Shown here: positions 23,037 to 32,882 of the stretch, piece by piece
Layout: each line of letters begins with the position of its first letter
Position numbering within the stretch: position 1 is the first letter of the stretch
Origin: Macrostomum hystrix
Lineage: Eukaryota; Animalia; Platyhelminthes
Length of the DNA stretch: 64,000 nucleotides
Reading direction: 5' to 3'
Assembly (NCBI GenBank): GCA_950097015.1
Contig: CATNEN010000029.1
Coordinates: 3,906,001-3,970,000 of the forward strand
Notes under the pieces: model-generated
Told to the model about the DNA's origin: nothing
The model's database searches: none
Seen by the model: only the letters and a program-made list of their open reading frames with translations
Made by a program: the position numbers and the translations under genes

Positions 23037-23680
23037 TCAAGGGAGGGGGTGGGGGACTGCTAGACTAAAACTAAAACTAAAACTACAAGTACAGGGGGAG
23101 AGAGAGACTGCAAAAATAAAACTAAAACAGGTGAGAATGAACAAGGAGCACTATAGGGAGCTTACTGGTGTACTTTAAAAGTACCCCCTTCTAGGAATGG
23201 GGTTGCACAAATCAAGGAACACTCAATGAATGTACCTCTCCACGGAAATCTTTGTTGTTAAAACGAATTCCCCAAAGGACTGGGGCGCGGATCAGTTTCG
23301 AAAAACTCTACCGCTGAATTTTAAGATATATTTAACCGAATTTATTAAAAATTTACAGCGATTCGATTTAGATTATTTTATACGGATATCAAACATAGAA
23401 AGTAGTAAATTATTAGTAAATAAGTAAATAAATGGATAATTAATATTTAAATAAAAATATTAAATAATATAAAAGCTTGCAGTTTGTGAGCAAAGAGCAA
23501 AAGTGACAATACAGCCATTAGTACTCATAGGCAATAAAATATATTAAGTCAGTAGGAAAAAAGCGTAAAAAATGGAATATTTGAGCAGCTGAGCACTGCT
23601 CACCAGCCCTCTTAAGCTCAGGCAGCTATATTTGAGTTTCATTTTGGTTTTCTTTCAGGGCCATAGGTGTCAGAGACTGC

Positions 23681-26620
23681 TCAACCCTGGATTTGGAGTC
23701 GGTTCTGCCTGTTGATTTGTCCCCGCCTCAGGGTAGCCCACAGGACATTGAGGATGGGGACACGGCCCGGAGCGCGAGGCAGCTCCGGCTCGATGTGGAA
23801 GCCGTGCAGCCGAGCTGCTCTCATCTTGAGCAGCCAGGCCACACCGAGCTGTTTGACTCTGGCCGAGAGCATTGGCATGCCGGCCAGTTTGTGAAGGTAC
23901 TCGGTGCTCAGGTAGGAAGGCACACCGTAGCAGATTCGCAGAGCAAGGTTCTGGATCTTTTGTAGCTTGATCTGATTGGTGACGCAGATCAGAGTCAAGA
24001 TTGGGGCGCCGTAGGTGAGAGCGCTCTCACCGTAGGCCCTGTACAGCATTCTGAGAGTGACGCTGCTCAGTTTGGTGATCTTGGCGATGCGGCACAGGGA
24101 CATGACAATGGCCCTGCACGTATTCGCCATGTTGTCGACGTGTTTATTCAGGCAAAGATTGGCGTCGAGGAGGACACCTAGAAATTTTACTTCCTGACAG
24201 TAGGGGACCACCGTCTGCCCCAGCTGCAGTTTGGGTCGCAAGTCGGCGCGAGCTGTCGGCTTGTAGTTGAAGGCGATGGCCTTGCTCTTGTCGGCATTCA
24301 GTCTGATGCCTTGCTTTCCGCACCACTCCCAGACTTGTCTGAGGTAGCTCTGGAGGCATGTCCGCAGACCAGCAAAGGTGTCTGCGGAGGCCCAGATGGC
24401 CATGTCGTCAGCAAATTGACTGCGTTTCACGTTTGGATTCTCAGGAATCGGCATTGTGCTGACGTACAGCAGGTACAGGAGAGGACTCAAGATGCCTCCC
24501 TGAGGTACGCCAGCTAGGATTCTGATCAGCTCACTGAGCGAGTTGTTGACTCGCACCTGGATGTACCTGTTCCTGAGGTAGTCAGACAGGATGCGCGTCA
24601 GCATTGAAGGAAAGCCAGCGTTGAGCATGCGGCTCCTGAGCATGTCGTGCCAGGCAGAGTCAAAGGCCGCCTCTACATCAAGGAAGACTGCAGCGGCCCT
24701 CTTTGCTTTGCACTTTGCGACCATCATGTCCTGCACCAGTCGGCACAGGTTGTCGTAGGTGGAGTGGACTTTGCGATAAGCGCATTGGTCATCGCCAAGA
24801 ATGTTCTTGTCTTCAAGGTATTTGGAGAGTCTCTTGGCAATCAGCTTCTCAAACACCTTGCCTAAGCAAGAGGTCAGGCTGATTGGCCTGTACGAGTTTG
24901 GATTGTCTGGCGGTTTTTCAGGCTTCGGGATCATTGTCACCACAGCTTTCTTCCAAGCGCTGGGGAAGATCCCTTGACTGAAGCAGGCGTTAAAGAGTCT
25001 GGTGATCCTGGTGATCGCCACGCCTTCAAGGCCGAGTTTGAGCACTCGATTGGGAATCTTATCCAGCCCGGGTGCTCCATCAGGCTTGAGGTGCTCAAGC
25101 TCCCACACTGTGTCGGCTACAGTGAATGCGGCTTCAAGCGGGTGAGTGGCTATGCCATTGATGTCGGCCGGAATCGGATAGAAAGCGATGAACTTGGCCA
25201 CTTCGGCCACCTCCTGTTTTAGCTGGTCACAAGTTGATGGGACTGGGCGCATCTTTGAGTCCTGAGTGGCAGCGAGTAGGTTCGCTTTCTCCAGATCAGT
25301 GTGCGCACTGGTTTGACCCGAAGTGAGGGTTGGAATGGAGCTGGGCTTGAACTTGCCCATCAGCTTCCTGGTGTCATGCCAGAAGTTCTTGACCTTGCTG
25401 TTCTTGCTGTTCTCGACAACATTCTCACACAGCTTGGTGAGCTTGCCGCTCTGGAAGGAAGTGATTTCCCTTTTGATCCTGTTGGCCATTTGGTTGGCCA
25501 GCCTTTTAAAGTTTTTATCCCCGGTGCTGTTGAAGAGGCGTCTGAGTCGTCGGCGCTCTTTGATCAGCTCAAGGATGTGCTTGGGCAGAGCATATCGGCC
25601 ACCACAGTCTGGCACAGTCGACTCAATGACCGTGTGGATGGCTTTTGTGATGAGCTCGACCTCGGCGTCGATTTGCTGAGCACTTGATAGGCGAGTCGGC
25701 TGGTCAGGAAGAAGGGCTTCACTAATTCTCAGCCTGAACTGATCCCAGTCGGTTTTGGAAAAGTTTTTCGGCTTAGCGGGACCTGCCCACTTTGCCGACA
25801 GAATGTTGAGGGTGAGGATGATTGGCAGGTGGTCGCTGTCCAGGTCAGGACCGACTGCAAAGTCCTGCACAAAGGGCAGAAAGTCCTCCGTGGCCAGGCC
25901 GAGGTCCAAGACATTCCTGGAAGTGACGCCATTCTTGGTGGCGATTCTGGTGAACTGGCCAACTTGATTGAGGATGGTGGGCGAGGTCGGACCTTCAGAG
26001 AGCCAGTCGTACAGCTCATGGCCAGCCTTGTTGTTGCTGCTGTCACCGCCAAGGAAGCGGTGTCTGGCATTGAGGTCGCCAAGGAGAACACTGCGTCTGC
26101 GCGAGACCAGGCTCTTGAGCAGATTCAGGTTCAGGTGGTAAGGTGCCGGAGACCTGTACACCAGAGCCAGATTAAAGTCGGCACCGTGAGAGTTGTCAGA
26201 CAGGCTGACGGTGCAGGAGATGGCTTCATGGTTCACGTTGTCGTAGTGCAAGCGAACATTGGTGAGTTTGACGCGCGGTGAGTGAGCAAGAAGCAAGCCG
26301 CGTCTGACATGCGGAGTGTCGTATCGGATGATGGAGTAGCCAGGGATCTGGACCGTGTGCGAACTCTTGAGAATGGTTTCAGAGAAGAGAGCAATGTCTA
26401 TCTCTTGACTAATGACCCATTGGGTGAGTTCTCTGCTTTTCGGGTGAAACCCTCTGCAGTTGAGGTGCATAATTTTCAGACCCGTTGTCTGGGTAATGGG
26501 GTTCCCATTTAAATTAAGGAATTTCCAGTTTTCTGGTTTAGCTGCCTGGGCCCACGACCCCGGTGGCGGCGGAGGCCATGCCAGACACGTCCTGGAGGAC
26601 AGCCCGCACAATGTCCTCAA
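23681..26620 (-). CDS. ORF2 of copy 5: APE endonuclease + reverse transcriptase
   Basis: 979-aa intact ORF with the same APE and RT motifs as copy 2. Confidence 0.96.
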   Translation of the reverse strand: MRTLCGLSSRTCLAWPPPPPGSWAQAAKPENWKFLNLNGNPITQTTGLKIMHLNCRGFHPKSRELTQWVISQEIDIALFSETILKSSHTVQIPGYSIIRYDTPHVRRGLLLAHSPRVKLTNVRLHYDNVNHEAISCTVSLSDNSHGADFNLALVYRSPAPYHLNLNLLKSLVSRRRSVLLGDLNARHRFLGGDSSNNKAGHELYDWLSEGPTSPTILNQVGQFTRIATKNGVTSRNVLDLGLATEDFLPFVQDFAVGPDLDSDHLPIILTLNILSAKWAGPAKPKNFSKTDWDQFRLRISEALLPDQPTRLSSAQQIDAEVELITKAIHTVIESTVPDCGGRYALPKHILELIKERRRLRRLFNSTGDKNFKRLANQMANRIKREITSFQSGKLTKLCENVVENSKNSKVKNFWHDTRKLMGKFKPSSIPTLTSGQTSAHTDLEKANLLAATQDSKMRPVPSTCDQLKQEVAEVAKFIAFYPIPADINGIATHPLEAAFTVADTVWELEHLKPDGAPGLDKIPNRVLKLGLEGVAITRITRLFNACFSQGIFPSAWKKAVVTMIPKPEKPPDNPNSYRPISLTSCLGKVFEKLIAKRLSKYLEDKNILGDDQCAYRKVHSTYDNLCRLVQDMMVAKCKAKRAAAVFLDVEAAFDSAWHDMLRSRMLNAGFPSMLTRILSDYLRNRYIQVRVNNSLSELIRILAGVPQGGILSPLLYLLYVSTMPIPENPNVKRSQFADDMAIWASADTFAGLRTCLQSYLRQVWEWCGKQGIRLNADKSKAIAFNYKPTARADLRPKLQLGQTVVPYCQEVKFLGVLLDANLCLNKHVDNMANTCRAIVMSLCRIAKITKLSSVTLRMLYRAYGESALTYGAPILTLICVTNQIKLQKIQNLALRICYGVPSYLSTEYLHKLAGMPMLSARVKQLGVAWLLKMRAARLHGFHIEPELPRAPGRVPILNVLWATLRRGQINRQNRLQIQG

Positions 26621-29282
26621 CCATTTTACTGGTCGATTCTACCGTGAGGAGCTCACCAGGCGGTCTGGACAGGGCCCGCACAATCACCTGGGTCAGAGAG
26701 CGGGTGAACAGGGGCAACAGCATGCTCACCATCTGCTTCAAGTCAGTTTGCTGCTGCTGCTGCTGTGGCTCACTGCCAGCGTCCAGGGAGGGTGCAGCCT
26801 CATTGGCGCTCGTGCACCTGGCGCTGACAGTCTCGGCGGCCAGTCGGCTCCTGGCATCATCGGTGCTGATGAACAGCGGCCGGATGGCGGCATTGACGGG
26901 CACGTTGCGGCGGCCTTGGCGCATCAGCCAGCCACTGTCCGAAGCGTCGGACATGTCGGCGGGCGCACTCGAGGCAGGCGGGGCATCCGTAGGCGCGGCT
27001 TCCGCTGCTCGCGCCGCAGCAGCTTTGGCCTCAGCTGCCGCCTTCGTCGCCTTGGCGTGCTCCTCCTGCGCAACAGTGCAGGCTCGGCTGGTCGTGCGGT
27101 GCTGACCACCGCAGTTGGAGCATGTCGCCGGGCCTTCGTGCTGGCAGTCCTTCCAGGCATGCGAGCCGCCGCAGATTCGGCATCGCAGCTCCGCCTGGCA
27201 CTGGGCCGCACGGTGGCCGAACTGCTGGCAGCGCTGGCACTGCAGGGCGCGGATCGGCTCATCAGTGCGGCTCTCCTCACAGGCGAACCTCACAAAGTCA
27301 GTGCAGATTCCGTCACGGAGGCACTGCTCGACGGTTGCACGCGACCTCGTGAAGACGCGCATGAACCGGGTGGCCTGTCCGGACGCCTTGGCTCGAATTC
27401 GCTGGACACTAGTAATGTCCAGCTTGAGGCTGTCCCGTAGCATTGTTGCGAACTCAGCATCCGTGATGGAGAGCGGAACTTCCAGTGCAACAAATGTCTG
27501 CACACGCTGCTGTTGGACTCTGTCAGCGCCAGTCCGGTTGTCCAGCGGTCTCGATCGGGCTGGACGACGCTCGACACTGTGGCCGAGGAGGCTGTCGTGA
27601 CGCAGAGCACCGCCTAGGAAGACGTTGTAATCCCGCTCAGTGGCCGGGAATACTAGGTAGGCGGGCTGATTGGCCATTTCGGCTGTGTTGATGGCACGGG
27701 CATCGCCGGCAAAGTTGGCCTGAAGCCAGGTGATGAAGGCCACCAGCTTGCTTGCCGCACTCTGATGGACCTCGAAGACCACCGGTGGAATGGCAGCCTG
27801 GGGTCTCTTAGGAGGTGCGCGAGCCGAAGCCACTTGCGCATAGGGCCGCGCCGTCGCAGCCTGGGTCGTTGAAGCCGTCGCCGCTGCCGCTGCCGCCGAC
27901 GCCGCCGACGAACCCGTCACCGCGTTCGCCGACGCTGCCGCCGCACCCGCCGCTGCACCCCGGCCGCCGCCGCCACCTCGCGTGCCTCGCTGTCTGCCGC
28001 CGCCGCCACCGCGGCTGCCTCGCTGCTGACCGCCGCCGCCGCTCTGACCACGTGCGCCGCGCTGACCACCGCCGCCGCGCTCTGCCTGCTGGTCTTGGGG
28101 TTGGCCTGGGTTGCCTTGCCGGTCGCCGAAGGGACCGCAGTCCAGTGGCTGGCTGTAGGTTGGGTCGTCGGTCGCCGCCCTCTTGCGCCGCAGCTCCGGC
28201 TTGGTGACGCGGAATGTCAGCGAGATCCGGACGCCGGTCTGGGTGCGAACTGCAGGCACCTGATGCTGCAGCCGCTTCTGACAGTTGCCTCCCATCAGGA
28301 TCAGCGACCCAGGAAGCGTCGGAAATTTGTGCGTGACGTTGCCGTCACGTCGACGCAACATAAAAGTGCGCTCAGCGCCGAAAGAAACTGTAGCGATGGT
28401 CGGCTTGTCACCGAGCTCCCCCTCGTCATCCGCATGCCACGGAATCCGGTCCTCTGGCTCGGTGTAGAAGTTCACCAGAACGGAGTTGAACTTCGGGACC
28501 TCGAGCCCAGCATCGTCGTAAAGGAAGTCACGAATGTCTTCGATTACGGGATGCCAGGTTTGGTTCTCCTTCAGCTCAACCCCGCTGTAGGTGTACGCCG
28601 GGCCGATCCAGAAGACACGGCGCTGCTCGTGCGGGCGATGACGGAAGGCGAGTGGGAGCACGTCTTCTATCAGGCGCTGGTAGATCTGGTCGGCGACCTC
28701 GCCAAGAAAGTAGGGCGCATAGACGATGTTGCAGTCACCCGCGTAGCTCGTCTTCTGACACTCGCTGAAGTCCGGCTCGTCAGGGAGGACGATTTGAGAC
28801 ACATCAGCCTCGGACTGTACAGCGGTGGGCTTTGGGATAGTTGTTAGGGCACTTGCCATATCAGATGCCGTTGGCGCTGGCGCAGGTGCTGCCGCAGCCA
28901 CGGTCTGTTGGGCAACCGTCTCGGCTGCCTCGGCTTCATCAACGGACATTTCGTTTAATTCAGCGGTCGCAGGGGCCGCAGTCCCTGCTGGAGGCTCGTC
29001 TTCGACGATGACAAGCCGACCATCTGGCGGGCTGAGCGAGCCGCGGTCTTGGTCGCAGTTGGCCGGTTCTAAAATCTCGCTGGCCGGCATCGGAGTCGAC
29101 ATCAGCGCTGTCGCGACCTTCGGCTGTAGCTTGCGACTGGCATCCTCAGTGCGGCCGTACCGATGCTCGAGCGAGGGGCGGCCGTCGTGTTTTTTTGCAG
29201 TGGCGCTATTCGCAGCCATGTGGTGTGATTTCTCACTAGTGCAGTCTGGGTGAGCAAAATAAACAAAGGGGGTAGGTGGCAC
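26538..29282 (-). CDS. ORF1 of copy 5 (subfamily B): AlkB + RGG + CCHC gag-like protein
   Basis: 914-aa ORF (893 aa from ATG at 29219). AlkB domain at 28200-28742 with identical catalytic motifs. Confidence 0.93.
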   Translation of the reverse strand: MPPTPFVYFAHPDCTSEKSHHMAANSATAKKHDGRPSLEHRYGRTEDASRKLQPKVATALMSTPMPASEILEPANCDQDRGSLSPPDGRLVIVEDEPPAGTAAPATAELNEMSVDEAEAAETVAQQTVAAAAPAPAPTASDMASALTTIPKPTAVQSEADVSQIVLPDEPDFSECQKTSYAGDCNIVYAPYFLGEVADQIYQRLIEDVLPLAFRHRPHEQRRVFWIGPAYTYSGVELKENQTWHPVIEDIRDFLYDDAGLEVPKFNSVLVNFYTEPEDRIPWHADDEGELGDKPTIATVSFGAERTFMLRRRDGNVTHKFPTLPGSLILMGGNCQKRLQHQVPAVRTQTGVRISLTFRVTKPELRRKRAATDDPTYSQPLDCGPFGDRQGNPGQPQDQQAERGGGGQRGARGQSGGGGQQRGSRGGGGGRQRGTRGGGGGRGAAAGAAAASANAVTGSSAASAAAAAATASTTQAATARPYAQVASARAPPKRPQAAIPPVVFEVHQSAASKLVAFITWLQANFAGDARAINTAEMANQPAYLVFPATERDYNVFLGGALRHDSLLGHSVERRPARSRPLDNRTGADRVQQQRVQTFVALEVPLSITDAEFATMLRDSLKLDITSVQRIRAKASGQATRFMRVFTRSRATVEQCLRDGICTDFVRFACEESRTDEPIRALQCQRCQQFGHRAAQCQAELRCRICGGSHAWKDCQHEGPATCSNCGGQHRTTSRACTVAQEEHAKATKAAAEAKAAAARAAEAAPTDAPPASSAPADMSDASDSGWLMRQGRRNVPVNAAIRPLFISTDDARSRLAAETVSARCTSANEAAPSLDAGSEPQQQQQQTDLKQMVSMLLPLFTRSLTQVIVRALSRPPGELLTVESTSKMVEDIVRAVLQDVSGMASAATGVVGPGS

Positions 29283-30772
29283 GCAAAGTGCGCACTCAAT
29301 GGAGGGGGTGGGGTGACAACTAGACTAAAACAACAAGGACAGGGGGAGAGAAAAACATCAAAATAAAGCTAAAGCAGTTAAGAAAATACAAAGGACACTA
29401 TAGGGAGCTTACTGGTGTACTTTAAAAGTACCCCCTTCTTGGAATGGGGTTGCACAAATCAAGGAACACTCAATGAATGTACCTCTCCACGGAAGTCTTT
29501 AGTAAAAGGCGAAAGATTTAAGCGTGGAATGAAGAGAAACCAGAGTTACCGTTTAATGGAGTAACATTCCGGTATATCAAGTTTTTGGATTTTTTTGTTT
29601 CAGAAAACCTAATTTTCGTAGTGCTTTTTCATGTATAGTTTTGGGACTGCAAAAAATAAAAAATATATTGTTTGTAAATTCGCTTTTGTAGAAATTACTT
29701 TTAAAAGTTTCTTTCGCTAGAGTATGTTGTAAGTTTTTGTTTTTAGTACTGCAGAAGTGATGCAAATCTGAACAAACTGCTATTAATTCGATGATTGTAC
29801 ACTTTCCTAGAGTTAAGAAAACTATTTGTGTCTACTTGTGTTAGTAGTGCATTTTGCACATTTCTTTCTTTCTATTCATTTATTTCGCCAGTGTTTCTTG
29901 ACTGAGTTTGACGGTACGGTACGTAATACTCGTAGTAATATAAACAGTACTGGAGTGAAGAGCAGCTCAAATTGTCATAATTTTTAATTGTCAAGTGAAG
30001 AATTTCGTCAATCGGACTTACTCTGTATTATTTGACCAACGAGCAATTACGTGCTACTACTTTATCTTGAGCAAGCAGCGAGCAGCATAAAGCTTGTGGC
30101 GCACGCACACAAATTTTCAGAGGAGGGGCTGCGGATTTTTGAAGGGTTTTGACTGTTGTGAAGGGACAGGCGGGGCAAATAATTTGCGTTACGTAACAGC
30201 CTGACCACGCCAGGACCCCTCTGTGTGTGCGTGCGCGAGTATGTGCTATTTGACAAATGTCATGGATAGTCAAAGTTGTGTTGTGGGCAGCATCTATGGT
30301 ACAAATTGCTCGCGAGCCGACTACAAACTCAGCCTGAGGTACACATAAATACGTAAAACATGTGTGCATGGGCTTCTTCAACTAGATTTCAAGTGGTTTC
30401 CTGAAATTTGTCCATATACCCCTTTCTCAACTGGAAGCAAAGAAAGAATTGACGAAATTTGGCGAAATTAGATTGCTTTGTTAAGCCATGTAAAATATTT
30501 ACTATGTCAGCCTGACATATTTCAAATCTACTCTATTCGTGCACTCGTGTCTAGCGCTTGACAATCCACTAGTCAATCACTATTACATCGATTGAGCTAA
30601 TGTTTGTTTAAAGTTGAGTAAATTTGAAAAGGCGATCTGCATCCGCTGATAAAGGAATTAAGATTTCAGCCATTTTCAATTCAATTCAATGGATGCAATT
30701 TGTTAATTTGGCGAATACGCGAACAATGTAAGTATGCTGTCACCGAAGCTGAGGTAGCTGACGAAAATAAGA

Positions 30773-32123
30773 CAGCTGAGGGAGCTGAGGCAGCTGAGGG
30801 AGCTGAGGCAGCTGAAGGAACTGAGGCAGCTGAAGGAACTGAGGCAGCTGAGGGAGCTGAGGCAGCTGAAGGAACTGAGGCAGCTGAAGGAACTGAGGCA
30901 GCTGAAGGAACTGAGGCAGCTGAAGGAACTGAGGCAGCTGAAGGAACTGAGGCAGCTGAAGGAACTGAGGCAGCTGAAGGAACTGAGGCAGCTGAAGGAA
31001 CTGAGGCAGCTGAAGGAACTGAGGCAGCTGAAGGAACTGAGGCAGCTGAAGGAACTGAGGCAGCTGAAGGAACTGAGGCAGCTGAAGGAACTGAGGCAGC
31101 TGAAGGAACTGAGGCAGCTGAAGGAACTGAGGCAGCTGAAGGAACTGAGGCAGCTGAAGGAACTGAGGCAGCTGAAGGAACTGAGGCAGCTGAAGGAACT
31201 GAGGCAGCTGAAGGAACTGAGGCAGCTGAAGGAACTGAGGCAGCTGAGGCAACTGAGGCAGCTGAGGCAACTGAGGCAGCTGAGGCAACTGAGGCAGCTG
31301 AGGCAACTGAGGCAGCTGAGGCAACTGAGGCAGCTGAGGCAACTGAGGCAGCTGAAGGAACTGAGGCAGCTGAGGCAACTAAGGCAGCTGAGGCAACTGA
31401 GGCAGCTGAGGCAACTGAGGCAGCTGAAGGAACTGAGGCAGCTGAAGGAACTGAGGCCGCTGAAGGAACTGAGGCAGCTGAAGGAAATGAGGCAGCTGAA
31501 GGAACTGAGGCAGCTGAAGGAACTGCAGAGGCAGCTGAAGGAACTGAGGCAGCTGAAGGAACTGAGGCCGCTGAAGGAACTGAGGCAGCTGAGGCAACTG
31601 AGGCAGCTGAAGGAACTGAGGCAGCTGAAGGAACTGAGGCAGCTGAAGGAACTGAGGCAGCTGAAGGAACTGAGGCAGCTGAAGGAACTGAGGCAGCTGA
31701 AGGAACTGAGGCAGCTGAAGGAACTGAGGCAGCTGAAGGAACTGAGGCAGCTGAAGGAACTGAGGCAGCTGAAGGAACTGAGGCAGCTGAAGGAACTGAG
31801 GCAGCTGAAGGAACTGAGGCAGCTGAAGGAACTGAGGCAGCTGAAGGAACTGAGGCAGCTGAAGGAACTGAGGCAGCTGAAGGAACTGAGGCAGCTGAAG
31901 GAACTGAGGCAGCTGAAGGAACTGAGGCAGCTGAAGGAACTGAGGCAGCTGAAGGAACTGAGGCAGCTGAAGGAACTGAGGCAGCTGAAGGAACTGAGGC
32001 AGCTGAAGGAACTGAGGCAGCTGAAGGAACTGAGGCAGCTGAAGGAACTGAGGCAGCTGAAGGAACTGAGGCAGCTGAAGGAACTGAGGCAGCTGAAGGA
32101 ACTGAGGCAGCTGAAGGAACTGA
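30773..32123. repeat. 18-bp minisatellite (GAAGGAACTGAGGCAGCT), ~75 units
   Basis: Directly visible. Reads (EGTEAA)n on plus and (SVPSAA)n on minus. Confidence 0.95.
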
Positions 32124-32882
32124 ACTATAATAATACTTGAACATTATAAGGAAAATATATTATATCATTTTAAGGTGGACTTTTCTATCTTTTTTCTTCA
32201 GCGAAACTCCGCAAGGCAAGTCAAGTCAGTTTTCGTTAATTTCAGCAAAGGGGAGAAGAAAATGAGATCAATATGAAGTGTTTCGTAGATCGGTTAGTTT
32301 AGTTTAGTTCCACTTGTGCCAACTAGTGCCTATGCTTAACAAACATAGTTGAACAGAACGGTGTCATGATAAGAAAACTGCAAATACGCAGAAAATTGAC
32401 CATTTCATAATAGATAAAAAGACTGCTTTACTCGTATAGTGGTATAGGAATGAGTAAGTAACAAGTGTATTGAGCGCATCTGAGCATAATGAGCTTGAAG
32501 CATTTGGCTAATTCCCACAGGGATTGGCAGTTGTAAAGGGATAATTCTCTACCCGAATGCTCCGCCATATTCCCCCAAAGCCACTTGAGCCTGCCTAGTC
32601 GATTGCCCACTAAAGCCAAAATATTCACCGCTTGCGGGCGGGTCTTTGTTCCCGGCCCCACTATTTTTCTGCCCCCCAGCTAGCAGCCCCTCATGGGACC
32701 CCAGCAAAGCCAATTTTCTTTACCGCAGACAAGCTCCCATCCTATTTTCTCCGCTAAGGATCCCAGGCCCTGCGAAAATTTAACTCCAGATTTTCGCTGC
32801 TCCTAGAGGGGTTGACATTGTTAGCCGCTTGTGTGCAAATTATTCAGTGACCCGGCCACTCATTTATGCGCTTCAGTAAATA

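Larger units (their letters stand above)
16729..23247 (-). mobile_element. AlkB-carrying LINE, copy 4 (subfamily A), full length
   Basis: A-type 5' UTR and 681-nt A-type 3' UTR. ORF1 is intact; ORF2 has one +1 frameshift. Confidence 0.94.
23248..29494 (-). mobile_element. AlkB-carrying LINE, copy 5 (subfamily B), full length, both ORFs intact; 5'-most copy of the array
   Basis: Similarity to the other copies ends after CCACGGAA at 29,494, followed by unique AT-rich sequence. 433-nt B-type 3' UTR. Confidence 0.94.

Noticed and set aside
1-29494. Drosophila-style telomeric retrotransposon array (HeT-A/TART-like terminal addition) at a chromosome end left of the window
   Set aside because: Polarity is wrong for that model: in Drosophila the 5' ends face the terminus, whereas here the 5' ends face the satellite/gene side. 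No poly(A) or TTAGGG-type repeats at junctions. A subtelomeric location is not excluded, but the sequence does not support it.
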